The position numbers and the translations under genes are program-made. The notes beneath the pieces are model-generated. The model was given only the letters and a program-made list of their open reading frames with translations, was not told the origin of the DNA and did not search any database. Shown here piece after piece: positions 1 through 13,680 of a stretch of 64,000 nucleotides of DNA. Location: assembly GCA_973895155.1 (NCBI GenBank), contig OZ316895.1, forward strand, positions 9,722,184 to 9,786,183, in the 5' to 3' direction. Position 1 is the first letter of the stretch. Each line of letters starts with the position of its first letter. This stretch comes from Marsupella aquatica (lineage: Eukaryota > Plantae > Marchantiophyta).

Positions 1-981
1 ACTACTGTAAGAACCATAACAGTCATAGCTGCGAAAGACAACCGTCTAAGCCGCTGTTGCAGGCACAGCAGCTCTGTTTTATCTTTAAAATCAGAAACAG
101 TGCCCCCGGCTGGCAAACGCAACATTACTTTCCTAACACTTTGAATAGCTGCCGAGAGGACCACAAGCGCAACCCCTCTTATGAGTCCAAACAGCTTCGA
201 ACTGTCGAAAGTAGGATTAACAGACAACATACGTGCAACGATGTGCAGAGTCACCGCGACCCCAACCCCCGCAAACCCAACAGCCACTTGGTTAAAAACT
301 ACCAACAATTCCCCACCGAAATTCGTCCTCATTGCCAGAACGCTTGCAACACCTGAGCACTTGTGTGAGATTGGAAGGTCAAAGAACATATCGCACAGCT
401 GGGACTCATTCCGCCTTTCGGTGGTGCCTTTCTTCTTAGAAGCCGACTTTGTACTGCTAGTGCTTCCTCGTACTCGTGGATCTGTCTTTCTCTTCGCGTG
501 TCTGATAAAGATGCAGTTCAGGACACCGTCAGTATACACCCAACTCATACTAGAAGGAATTCATGAAACTGCACAATACGACCTAAATCCCATCATACAT
601 CCAAGTGAGAAATAGTAGTCAGGGCTTACTCTGTCGCTGTTGCTGTTGTTTTCTTGGTTTTGGATTTAACTTGTGATTTGTTACTCGTGAGAGCTCCCAC
701 CGACGTCGCAAGCACTTCCTCTTGCTCCCTGTCAACAGCCACGGCAATTCACAGTCAGACCCCGAGCTACAGTCCACAATTTGCCAGAAGTACACCCATC
801 CGATTGTAGGCAATCGTCTGGAAGACTCTCGAGGCCTACGCGGCTAAACGTTATGGACCCATGGGCAAAATGGAACAAAATGGAGCAAAACTCCGCGGAA
901 ATATTGAACTCTCTCACTCCTCTTCGGGCTGATTTCAGCACTGACGATTTGCCACGAAATTCCACTTGAATTATGATTCAC

Positions 982-1938
982 TCACCTATCTTCCAACAGG
1001 ACGAACTGATAACAAACCACTAAGATCCCTGAAACGGCACTGAAGTGCAGTTCATAAAACATCATCCTAGACATCGACATGAGCTCGTAAAGATCAACGT
1101 ACCATTCCAACATGGCCTGAATTGATCCAACAGGGAGTGTATCCACGTTTCTGAATGATGGTGCAAAGTGGAGATCGGCTACTGGTACGCTTTCTTCCAC
1201 CACCTCAGTCTTCCTTAAGACGTCTTCTAAAGCGTCCACTTGCGAAGAAGGGACCATGATGAAATCTAGACCTGATATATACTCGGCTCTCCCTGGTCCT
1301 CCTGGCCGAGAGGGGGACTCAGTCTCCTTGACGAAATCCAAAATTGAGGTCTTCGGGGGTTCCAAGTAGAGTCTATCGGACGGGCGAGCCAACCAGGGCA
1401 TTTCAGATGGCGGATCATTCCAGGTAAACTGCGTTATTGTTCTGTCTGTATCTACTGATTGACAGAACTTCGGCTTGAAAGGATGATAAGTGATGCGAGG
1501 ATTGAGTTTCTCATAATTCCCCGACCACTGCATCGGATGTCCCCCAAAATCTTCACATTCATGCTCTGGCTTGAAGTCCACCGACCCTTCTCCCACACCC
1601 AAGTAGTCGTCCAACCTCTTCCACCATTTGTCCATCCGAGACGAAAACCTCTGATAAGGTCTGACACTTCCTTTGCCGTAGCTGCCAACACTCGAAGGAG
1701 GGAGAAATTCGGAGGCAGCTTCTGCTAGCACTTGGCTGATGGTCTTCTCCATGTCCTCTGGGCTCGCGTCGCTATGGAGGCGAATTTCCGATGAAAGCAA
1801 ATCCACCATCCTCTGTTGGCTTCTGTAAGAAACGGGAACCCTGAACAGTTCAACGACGACACGAACGAATGACTCTGCTGAATGACTACGGAACGCCCCG
1901 CCAGTGAGAAATTCAAGTAGCCTATCGAGGTCCCACAA
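982..1938 (-). pseudogene. Large exon (318 codons) of an unidentified, apparently decayed multi-exon gene
   Basis: Long ORF ending at a GTGAGT donor, with an upstream ...GACTTGCAG acceptor near 1988. There is an in-frame TGA just upstream of the ORF, and more stop-interrupted coding-like sequence at about 2600-2930. No family recognised. Confidence 0.35.
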
Positions 1939-4602
1939 GTCCTCCAGCGCCCCATATTTGAAAGTGATGCATCCATCACCACTCTCTGCAAGTCACCCCG
2001 ATAGAGACAGTCAGTAGATTATCCAATATTTTCTATTCTAAAAAGCTCTCTCACTTCGAATGCAATCTTTCCTTCCACCAAACAAGATGCTGTAGGAAAT
2101 CCAAGCCGTTTCCGACACGTAAATCCTCCGGAACGCATGAATTGGTCTAATAATCGCGAGCTTTCCCCGTCCAACCTAAGAGTCCACTCACAATCTCCGT
2201 TATTAGAGACCATTATTAAAGACCATCGATCTATCTTACCATCATTGAATACCATACATCTAGCACCCTATTCTTGAAGACTCTTCACCCATTATTCCAA
2301 CAATGAAGGTGATGACCTGCGATATACTAAGTTGATCTAGCTACGAGGTGTCAATCTTGAAGACTGGCTGGGCACCTTCAATATCAATCAAAGCCGACGA
2401 ATTCGCTTCTAGATTTGGATGTGCTTCATTGCCAGGGACCCCAGTTCGCCGCTGCGTTGGATGAGTCCCTTTCTGTTGCTTGACAGGTTGCTGCCCTACT
2501 GTCTTAAAAGGTGAGCTCAACGATGTTGTGGACGACAACGATTCTTGTTGTCGGACGTTGCTCAAACGCTGCTTAAGCACTGGTCCGTGCAGACATACCG
2601 CACCTCCCTGCAATCAGTTACCGATGAGACTATCAAAATCATATGCAGCAAGTAACATTGCATGCCTCTAAACGGTGAGCTCGTCCCGAAACCTATCCTG
2701 AATAACTCCACTCCAATCAGTTCTGACTATATAGTAAAACGGCCATCAGGGAGGTCCAATTCTCAGGAAGAGAGATAGCAGCCTAGCTACGTAGCCGCCC
2801 AGTGGGGATAGATGGATAGAACTGAGAAACTAATGGAGAGCAAGGAAAGCTAGCTCATACATAGTTGGCCACTCCGCCGCTGGAATTCCGAGATTCAGAA
2901 GGAAACTGGCTACCAAGGCGACCATCCCGTGGAGATAATGGACACAAACAAAACTGAGATGAGAAATGAGAAATGAGAAAGGACAACTAGCGCAGAGAAA
3001 GCGGGAATGTCGAAGTCGCAATTCTCAGCTTAAAGAAAATAAAGAAGCAAAGGTGGCTGCTCACACAGATCGACCAAACCTCAACGAGAAAGAGAGAGGT
3101 TGAGAAAACCAGCACAAAACCAAGACAGCAAGATAATTTGCAAGACACAGCAAGGAGCGATGTCTTAAGATTCAAGGGTGACACAAGAAAACCAATATGA
3201 AAATCATCCTTACCTTGTTGTGATGCTTTCCACCAAAAGAATCAGCGGAAGGACCAAACGAACCGGCAGCTACAGAAATATTGCAAGCACTCAAAGGTTG
3301 ACCACCACTTCGCCCCGCCACCACGGTAACCTGCGTAGGAAGCCTCAGCGCCATAGAAGAACAGATGTTCCACCGCCGATTCCTTTACCTATCTCTCTCC
3401 TTTCCTGCAAGACCAATCTGCAGAGATTCTACTCCAATTCTTCGTTGCCTAAGAGAACCCACCGGATTGAATCCCTCGCTCTCAGAGCAAAGCCCATGAC
3501 ACCACACGACCTACGGCCGGCAATGGGTCAGCTGGAACCATCAACGTATCCACGCACCAAAAGAACATCGATAATTGCTCTAGATCGCCATACTCTGCTT
3601 CGCTCTGCTCTGTCCACACCTACTGCAAGAGTGGCCCTCGCACTTTTCTTCGTCCTCCTGTCCGCCATTTCTAAAGAGGAGCAGGAGAAGCTTGAAGAGG
3701 CTGAAGGAACGTCTAGTTGGACAACAAGAAGGAAGGATCGAGATGCCTCCGACACCGGTACGTACTCCTGCTCACTTGCCGACGACACTTGCCGGCGGTG
3801 ACGTCGCCGGTTTCTTTTCTCCCCCGTCGGGAGCTGGGAAATCTTGAACAAATCGACTGAGGCTTGTTTTCCGTTGCTGCAAACCGGTCAGACTCAGTTT
3901 GTACCACGCCGAGCCTTTCCTGGGCCCTGGGAAAGTCTTTGAACGACCCCATGCTCGAGACGAGTGTAGCTTGTTTGCGGTTGCTGAAAGCAAGATTCAA
4001 CATCCTTTTTTCCTGTTTGCAGATATCGGAAACAGACCATGTTCAGTTTGTGTCAGTCCGTCACCGGGAATTGTTCACGTCCATTTGTTCGAAACGAAAT
4101 AACTTGATTGGTTTGCTGAAAAGTAGTTTGTCGGGTTTGTAATCTACTTATTTATTAATTAATTGATTGATTGATGTGATATTCATCAATAGCAATTTGA
4201 AAATGGAAATCTGACCCAGACTGACCGAGGACTGACAGATAAACTGACCGAGACTGACAGATGACACTATCTCCGCCAGGCTGTCTATCCAGCGAAGCAC
4301 CGCTCATGGCCTCATGTACTGATGACATGATCATTATTTTATGAGTTTCATAATGTTTTGAAATTGAAATTATCATCGATAACCGAGGTTGATACCATGA
4401 TACTTTACTTTTCATAAATCGCCTCCTCACATAGAAATGCTCATATCAGCCACATAAGACTATCTTTTTTGTATGTATTGTGATGATAGAATAAAGCCAC
4501 ATGTCGATTTTATGTAGGCTTTGTGTAAGTCCAAAGAGTCAGATGTAGTGTAGATTATAAGTTTTTCCTTGGCAAGTTTTTGCAGGATGCCTCTACCACT
4601 TT

Positions 4603-7600
4603 CTTTCTTTTTTCTTTTTTTTTAGATAACTATGTGGGCCATAGGTTGCTTTTGCCTTTCTTTTTCTTTTTCTTTTTTTTCAAAGCAAAAGGCCTTGGCC
4701 AAAATATATTCATGGAGAAGGACAAAAAACAACATGCCTGCCTCAAGGGAGGAGACAGGAGAGAAAAAGAGGCAACAAAGAGGGGCATAATAGAGGGAGC
4801 ACCCCCAGAGAAATGAAAGAGAACCGAGAACTTCCTGACCATCTGCCTAATAGAAGGAGGCAGGAAAGAGTGGAGAGGAAGCCGAAGGCAGCAGAAGACT
4901 GCTAACTAACCTATCATAATATGGTGACAAAGCAAAACAACCTAGGGCTGCACCCAAGACTGGAGATCCCACGATGGACTGTCAAGGAGCCACAATCATC
5001 CACCTCCACAGGAAACCTCAATAACCACCACGTCAGCAACAGGATGATCCTTCGTATTGGAGCCAGGCCCAACAAGCACCGGAAAGGCGATACCATCATG
5101 AAGCCGCCACTTCCACAAGGAGAGCCAAGGAGACCACCCAGACAGCAGCTCCCCTAACGAGATGCTCCAATCAAACTTCACCAACCAAACAATTCTCCGC
5201 CATACATCATCGGAGAAGAGTCCCAACATACTGACCGAGTCCCCTTCGATCGGGCCTTCGATAACTTGTTTTCCGCTAGCCATCAGTAGTACCAACAAGA
5301 AGACTCCATCATCAAACCGGGCCCACCTCATTTGAGCTAGATAGCCGTACTCAGATAATAGATACACCAAAGCCTTCTTGTGTAGGAACAAATTTAATTG
5401 ATCCAGTGAATGTGTGATGAGGAGAAAGGAAACCGGAGAGGTGGGTAAATTCTGGGTCAGGAGATGAACATAGGGTGCTCTTCCAACGGGCCAGAGAGCA
5501 GAAGAGGAATCCAGAACAGAGAGTGGAATCAACCAAGTGTATGGAGAGACCCGGCACCCAACAGATGTGTGGCGCCACTGGAACCGTCCCTGGAAGCCTC
5601 CAAATGGATACACAGATGCAACGAATGAGCGGCGCCACTGGTACCACTGGCAGCAACAGATAACCCGGGGGGGAGGGAGGAGGTAACAACCGAGAGCAGT
5701 GCCAAAGAAGAATTCCAACCAAGAGTGCAGCCGAAGGAGCTCTACTAGGAACCAAAAATGAGAAACTACTTAATTATGCAGACTACTACATGCAGCCATC
5801 CTAATAGGGAGGAGCCTATAAAATAGCAGGCTGACACAACAGCCGAGGAGCAATGCAATCCATATAAACACCCTGGTAACTTGCCAATTGGAGCAAATCA
5901 ACAGAAGACAAAAGGAGATCATCCAAATGCAAGGATCCACACAAAAGCTGTTCGAACTTGCGCGTATCATCAAATAGGAAGCCGGAGAAGACCATCCCTT
6001 GTGGCTAGAAGGTACCCCGGCATGAGCTTGAAGAGAAAACGTGTCTGGTCCGTCGCAGTGCACCCGAGACGTACAACACCAAAGCCAATGATCCACCCTG
6101 AACATAGTGAATGAACATAATACAAGGAGGCACATAGAGAATGAGAGAAGTTAACTGGTGAAGCACATGGTCGATGGACGGGCAAGTGGGAAACAAAAAG
6201 CAATCTATAAATCGCCAAAAGAAAACACTTCCTATCTCGGTAGGAGAGAGCAGAAGAGGACATGGCAAAACATGATGAAGCCTACCCAGGAGGAAGGAGG
6301 AAATAACAGGAGAGGACGAAAGCAATACGGAAGGAGAGGTGCATCAGCCAGGGTGGCGAGGGCCAAGAGGGCCAGAGATATATTTCTCCACATAATGCAG
6401 TCTTTTTTTTTTGCTCTCAGAATCCGAGCAGAGGGCCACCGACCGTAGGTGGAAGACAATAGAAGAGGCAGTAGCATAGGGGGAGAAAACTAACTGGGTA
6501 CCCTGAAACAGCCGAGCGTTTCGATTTTTCCAAAGGGTCCACAGGGTTTTGTATAAGACAAATAGGCGAGCAGATAGACAAGGAGAACGCCCGAGGGCCA
6601 TATCTAAGGTGCTCAGAAAAGAGTGGCCGCCCGGGAGGTGAGACAAAGCTGGGACACGTTCGTAGAATCAGGCCGTGCGGTTCCAGGCAGCAATAGCTTG
6701 AGGACAGGAGACGAAAATGTGCTGGCTATCTTCGATCAACACTCTACAGAATGGGCAGCAGCCATCCTCCATTCCCACACTGGCGAGCTCTCTTCCCAGT
6801 GAACAGTCCAGCAGCGATGACTCTCCAGAGGAATACCTTCCCTCTATGAGACAAGTCCGAACGCCAGATCCTTCTCCAACGGCGCTGCCAAACCAAAGCC
6901 GAATCCAAAGAATTCCAACGAATGTTAAAAGAAGCATAATCACAAGAGGAATTATCCAGATAAGAATAAGCTAGCGAGCTGCTCAAAAGACAGGGACCAC
7001 GTAATTTTTTACATCCCTGGCAGTACCAATGAGAGGCATCAAAGCAACCAGAAGGAGAGGGAGGGGGTCCACTCTGGACGATCATAAAAATGTGTGCCAG
7101 AAGAGCCAGATACGTGGTGCCCAAGCCGCGACACCTGGAAAACCTGGCCGAAAAATCAACCCAGCCCCCCATGGTCCAATCCCACAGGTCATACACCAAA
7201 CGAATGTTAATACGAGTACAGGCCGAGATAATATAAGAAAGAGAAGAGAGAGGGAGGTCATGGGAACGGAAGGTCAGAAGAAGAAAATCCTGTATTCTCC
7301 ATCTGGCCGGAATAAGATGAGAACTAGAGACGCATAGAAGTTTCCTTCGAATCCGGACCCATGCCTTCCAGATCCCGGCTGTGTAATGCATTCCTCTAAA
7401 TCTAGAAGGGGAAGAGAACAGGAACCGGTCCATAATATTATAGCCTGATTGACGTAAGGAGACCGAATTGTGCCATGCAGCGAGGCGGAGATTCTCAGAG
7501 AAAAGGATTGATCACTCAGTGTTTGGTTCTGTAATCATCCTAACAGCCCATCTAGCAAGCAAAGCGGAAGCTTGCAAATGGATGTTCTTAAATTCGAGAC

Positions 7601-8902
7601 CCCCGTCTTGCTTACGGCCTGACATCCGATCCCAGGACACAAGCGGGGTCTTCCTTCCTCCATCTTTGTTAAATCCCCAAAGGAAGTCCTTACAAATCTT
7701 CTGAATTTTATCCGTTAGGCTCCCGGGAAAGAGAGTGTACATCATGTGATATACGGACATTGAAAGGAGCACTTGCTTAATCAAAAGGACTCTTCCTGTG
7801 AAGGAAAAACTTTTGTTGGACCAAGCAGCTAGTCGCTTATTTATTTTCTTCAAGCAAAATTCTTGAAACTGTAAACGTGTTAGATGCTGACCAAGCCCCC
7901 AGATAGCTTGTTAATTGGCCTTGCGGAATAATAATACAATTAGAGTTCACTAGCCAAACAGGTGGGGATTCCAGGCAGAAAAGCAGAACCTCCGTTTTTT
8001 CAAGGTTTAGGCGAGCACCTACAGCCAATTCATACAAATTCATAACCTCCCGGATTTCCAAAAAACACTGTTCCCTAGTTGGGGTCAGAATTCCTAGATC
8101 GTCCGCAAAGAAACGGTGAAAGAGGGAGAGTTGATTGTTTACTTTGATTCCGTGGACCTCACCAGACAACAAAGCAGTGTCGAAAACGTCCATAAGAGGC
8201 TGGGTTGACAATGCATAAATGAGGGGGGCAAGGGGACAGCCCTGACGAACACCACGAAGGAGGAGGATTGGTTCAGTAAATTGGCCATTAACGTGGACTT
8301 TCGCAGAGGCATGGTTCATTAGTCCCATTATAATACGGGTCAACTGTGTACTCATCCCCGAGGCCAAAAGAGTATCCCTTATGTAACGGTGATCTACTCT
8401 ATCGAATGCCTTAGAAAAATCCATCTTCAGGAAGAGAGCCGGAATGTTGGTGGTGGTGAGCCAATCCGAAGCTAACCAGGCCATCGATACGTTGTCCAGT
8501 ATCTGCCGCCCTGGCACAAAGCCTGTCTGCTGGATGTTAACCATCTTCGGTAGGACCCTGCGTAACCTCAAAGCAATCAGTTTTGCAACAATTTTATATG
8601 CTATGTTAAGGAGGGTAATGGGCCTCCAGTCTGAAAGTCTAGATCTATCTGATGTTTTCGGGACCAACTTGATGACGCCATCCAAGAACCCTGGCAGTAT
8701 AATACCATCACCCCAAAAGGATATAAGCATATCGAGGAAAAGCGGAGAAATAAACTCCCAACAACTCAGGAAAACCTCAATTGTGAGTCCGTCAATACCT
8801 GGGGCTTTCTTCCTTTTTATCTGATTTGCAGCAGAAAATAACTCATCGGCAGTAGGGACTGAGTCCAATAGTTGAGACTCAACGGGAGAAATACGGGGGA
8901 AC
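4603..8902 (-). mobile_element. 5'-truncated L1-clade non-LTR retrotransposon (LINE)
   Basis: A 17-bp direct repeat GATGCCTCTACCACTTT lies at 4586-4602 and 8903-8919 (TSD). A-rich tails on the minus strand at about 4603-4623 and 4657-4680. Contains an RT-coding region. Confidence 0.92.
6344..8902 (-). pseudogene. LINE ORF2 remnant: reverse transcriptase plus zf-RVT/C-terminal region, disrupted
   Basis: Motifs KAPGIDG, WRPITLLN, QTGFVPGR, DFSKAFDRV, GVRQGCPLAP and FADD (7837-8902). These are followed by GRVLLIKQVL (7512-7853), KVFLWR..CPFC..EDSQHIFVSCP and LWTLWKNRNARLF in shifted frames. Several frameshifts and stops; no endonuclease domain. Confidence 0.92.
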
Positions 8903-10639
8903 GATGCCTCTACCACTTTGTACTTTGTTTGGTCTTTTTGTGGATACATTTGGGATTTCTACTTTCTTTGTAACACCTGTGAAGATACACATTCGGCAAA
9001 GTCATAGTCTATGCTTTTCGGAATCAAGTTTACTAGAGTCTGGTTCCACTTAGGCACATTTAAAAGATTTTACTAAGATCACAACGGAGCTCAGGACCCT
9101 TTTTGTGCTCATATTCTTCCTATTCTAAGAATGTCCGTAGAGACATATCTCCTGTTGAGTCAAACAAATTGTTGCTTGATAAGCATTCAGCAGCTCAGCA
9201 CTAAAAACAAACTTAATTCCTTTAATGATTTTTTTGTAATTTGCAGTGCATTTAAGGAGACATGCCCAACCAGGATTGAATAGATCATTATGGATCTTCT
9301 AGTTTACTAAAAATAGTTAAAATTAGAAATGGATTAGGTTTTTAAGTGTATGGACATCTTGCTGTCAGAGCATTATTGGCAATAATAGCCCCTTATAACT
9401 CAAGCTAGAGCCCTACTGTAGTATTTCAGGGAGTTATAGTTCACAATGCCTTGTAAACAGGCAATTACTACAACCACTTTCTCTGCCCCAATGATATGGA
9501 GGTTTTCTCCTTTCCTCTTTCATGGGTGTGTAGCTTTTAGCAATGCAGTTGCTCTGCTAGAAGGAAAAAGGGAAAACCAAACAGTCTAAATATTCGGGAC
9601 TTCATAAGGAATGGGAGACCCGTCTTCTTTCTTCTAGCAATTGTAACCATTCAAATGTGTGAATTTATCAGATTTCACTTTACTTCAACTTGGGACGGAT
9701 CTTAGGGCACCTGGTAGTGAGGCCCTTGTGGGTCCCATGTTTTTGCTACGTGGCCATGTTTTTTTATAAAAAAAAGTATTACTTGGTTATTTTTATGTGG
9801 TATCATTTTGGATCTGGCATTTATGTTAAGTGTACGCAATCAGTTCCACCTTTGTGATGGGGAGTGAAATGCCATACAGAAAATAATTGATTATAAATAG
9901 TGAAGCCTGACATTGACATAGATATCCTATCCCCGGGCTTCGTTCGTTTAGGAGACACGTCTGGCGTCTCGCTTACCAACACGTGGCTGGAGAGTGCCCT
10001 TGACCCAGAAAAACGGGTGGTTACTTTTTGTCCTTGTCAGCGCCGAACACGCTGTGGAAATGCTCACCATACGGTACGCTTCTGTTTCAGATTGTACTGT
10101 ATGGTGTGGGACTGTACACTTGACCCAACAGATGAACGGACCGTATGGTAGTTAGTGAGTGGGTGCACCAGGACCGTCCATTTCCTCGTTGGCTCGTCCT
10201 GTATGAAAGTTTTCTAAAAGGTTTGTTTCGGGAATTTGAGAGGTAGGAGTGAAAAGAGAGTGATACCGAGGTTCAACTCGGTCCTTGCAACATAGCCGGC
10301 TCTTGATAAATGCAAAAGTTGCTAAGTGCAAGGTGTTATGTTCTTTTTTTCTTTTCTTTTTTTTAAAGGGAAATATGCGAAACCCCATAGAAAGTGAAGA
10401 GTTAGCCACAATAGTTGAATCCAAGACCTATCAATTATTACTCAAAATCAATAGCTTGAGTAATCAGTCATGTCTCTGTGGGCCTGTTCTTCCTTTTTTA
10501 ACAAGGAATTTACATTTTGTTGCACCTTTTTTAAGTGCAAAAAGGCTTAACATATTCTGGTGAAACCCTTGCAGACTTGTAGGTCAGTGCACAATCCCAT
10601 CAAATTGCATTTGATAAATGCATGGCTGCCCTTGGTTAT

Positions 10640-11050
10640 TAGAGTAGAACATGCACTTAAGTATAGAGAAGTCTGGCAACAACATACACAAGACACCAAC
10701 TAGCATGCACACACCTACATAGGAGAGATACGTGGTTCACCTTTGACAAAGGTTACGTCCACGGGAACGCAAGGGCTTTACTAAGCTTTGACCACCATAG
10801 CCACAACAATCCCCCAAGTACAAGCTCCACCATTGCCAGCCTAGCTCCTACCTTGCTCCTCCACAAATGAGCATGAGACTCTCCAAGGAGCTCTCCCTTG
10901 CCCCTCAAAATGCTAGAACTCTAGTTGTGTCTAATCACCACTGTCCCTAATGTTAATTAGAATAAGAGAGTTAACCAAGACTAGAGCTAACCCTGGCTAA
11001 CATTCTTAGGGAGAGTTAACCCTCACATTACGGAGTAGAACACCACATTT
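10640..11050. mobile_element. LTR-derived fragment related to the solo LTRs at 58274 and 60086 (boundaries approximate)
   Basis: Shares the core GTGGTTCACCT...GG(C/T)TACGTCCACGGGAAC...GCTTTACT (10732-10782) with 58354-58406. No clean TSD seen. Confidence 0.55.
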
Positions 11051-12204
11051 AGGGGAACATGGCTACAATGACAACATGCGCATAATCACAACATAAGATG
11101 CCTAAAGAACTTCCTTGCTTCACTTGCACTTCTTCAATCTTACACAATAATGTTGAACACCAAATTTAGGCCAACATGGGTGCAACAACAAGTGGACGCA
11201 TTGACACATTAGATGCCTTAACAACTTTCTTGCTTCACTTGCATTTCTTTGATCTTACTCAATATTGTGGAGTAAATGATTGCTAGTTAAGACATCATGC
11301 ACATGTGCAACATCTGATGAACACACAAATAATCAACACAAGAAATACACAGTTCACTTCTTCAAAGGATAGTCCACAGCCTGAATACACAAAACTAAAT
11401 TATTGAACTCTAAACATGTCTGAGTCTCCACAAAGTAAACTCTCTGTACCTATAAGATGGCTTGGTAACAATACAGCTAATTTTCATTCACAAGCTAAAT
11501 CCACTATCTGAATATAGTAGTGACATATCTAACCTTAACCAGGTACCTTATTATTGTTAGACTAATTTTAGATCTGAGAGTAAATGCACAAAAATTCTGT
11601 CTTCATTACGATCATTGTCTTCCTCAAACTCATGCTTGCATACTAAATTTGCACACTTGAGTGAAATGACAACATTGCTACAATGGCCACAATGCTTGCA
11701 TGGTTCAAACAACCTCATGGCTGCAATGACCTGCATGGTTGTGATGACAACATGGTCAGGATGATTGCATGGCCGCAATGACACATACCCTTAACAAATT
11801 TCTTGCTTCACTTACATGTGTTTGGCTCAACCCTCCAACAATAATACATATTACGTTTGAGAGTGAAAATGTGACAAGAAATTAAGCAATCATTTTTGGA
11901 AATGTGTCATTCTCGATTTTTAACAAAATTAAAAATATTACATTGGCGAAAGCTATTTCCAAACTCCTTCTAACCAGCCTAGGAACAAGTGAGACTTAAA
12001 GTGTAAGGGATGTCATTGTCCATGGAAGTTCTAGGGTTCAGGATTTGGGTCAATATCTTTTCTTTAAAGAGGGCAGCCCGCAAAAGAGGTCAAAGGCTGC
12101 TATAGTCATATGTCAAAGAATGGGGTGAAATGAAAAGACGATCACTATTGTAATTAAGTAAAAAAAACCATAAATTGTTAACACAGCCACTTACTGACTC
12201 ATGA

Positions 12205-12353
12205 AACTCTGGTTGAGGTCATATAGCAATGCTATGAACTCAAAGTTGTCTCATTATGGTTGTCTCATTTTTGTCCAGTAACTCTGGTTGAGGTCATGAA
12301 GCAATGCTATGAACTCAAAGTTGTCTCATTATGGTTGTCTCATTTCGGTCCAG
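12205..12353. repeat. Tandem duplication, 2 x ~75 bp
   Basis: AACTCTGGTTGAGGTCAT..AGCAATGCTATGAACTCAAAGTTGTCTCATTATGGTTGTCTCATTT..GTCCAG starts at 12205 and again at 12280. Confidence 0.9.
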
Positions 12354-13065
12354 CAAAATACCTAGTGAATTAAGGCAAAGCACATCCCAAATGCCTTTCT
12401 GGCAATTTCAGCCTCTATTTGAGCTGTGGGTAGTTTGATTGAAATTCACTGCTCAACTCATTCAGGATTCCTACACAAGAGCGTCACCCCAATTCGGCCA
12501 CATTATTACGGACCACTCTAGTAACCTCAAGAAGACTAGCCTGATCACCGGTTCCTTGAACATAAACAGAGATAAGGCAAAAGAAAATCTCGCAAATACA
12601 TTTTTGTAATTATTCCCATCTATCTTTCCTCCCATTCCTATTTTCTGGATACACTCCCCTTTGAGGCTTCACTCCATATAGGAGCCCTTAACATTCACTC
12701 CAGAGAGTAGCCCTTAACAGTAGGTTTGAATTGAGCCCTATTAGTAAAATACTAGCCCTGACTACTAGTGCTTTGAACAAGAATAGATCTGAAGACAATA
12801 AAATATCACCAAAATATATACCTTATTTACATTTGAATGATAAAGAAATCATCATACATGTAATAGTTTTAATAATCATTGAGAACATACCATACTCTTT
12901 TCTATTGCACATTTATCTTTCTATGCACATATGTTATGGTGGGGGCATAGAACACATTTTTCTAATGCAAATAGAAATCATGACCAAAAGCATATATGAT
13001 TATCATTCCACATACATTATAGTTATCTGTACACTTAGCTTATAATTGACTCTTTATAAGTAAGA

Positions 13066-13294
13066 CAAGCCCTATGCCCGTGTGTTGCATGGCGCAAGGA
13101 GGGCCGGTCCATAGGGAGTAGGGCAGGGGCATTTATGGGGCAGCGGGAAGCATAGGGGTGCACATTTACTCCATCAATGGTTAGGAAAAACAACCAATTG
13201 AAATCCAACCACTGTGGATCTTTATCGCCCAAGAGCTTTTTTGTATTGGGATGAAGGACCAAAAAAAAATGGGATCTGTTATTATAGTTGTAGA
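13066..13294 (-). mobile_element. Small non-autonomous Helitron-like element
   Basis: The minus strand begins A|TCTACAACTATAATAA and ends GCCATGCAACACACGGGCATAGGGCTTG|T (GC-rich subterminal segment, A|T insertion site). The last ~75 bp closely match 53250-53322. Confidence 0.6.
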
Positions 13295-13680
13295 TAATAA
13301 TAATATAGACCTGGTAGGCTAAGGCCTTTGGGATCAAGAAGAACATTAAAACTGTCCCATGGGAGTGTCAAAGTCTATGAACCCGCCCAACAAGGCTTTC
13401 ATTGCGACACAGGCTCTCGATTCTCGCCAAGGCTCCCAAAAACCCAAACCCACGAAATCCTTCCTACCGACCTTCTCAAGATTTTCCCCGGCACTCTCTT
13501 GTCTTCTGCAATCCAAAGTACCAAATTCGATACTGCAGCGCAAATCCAGACCTCCCTCCTCGTTGGCATTGCATCTTCGTCAGCATTCGCGGGATAATCA
13601 GCAACAGCGGACTGTTGTTCACTAAGATCGATTACAATCAGTCAATCTATCTGCCTGCGAAGAAATAGCTTGGAATCGAA

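Noticed and set aside
8903-8949. ATG start (MYPQKDQ...) of the RT ORF
   Set aside because: It lies in and beyond the TSD, so it is flanking DNA fortuitously in frame with a 5'-truncated LINE.
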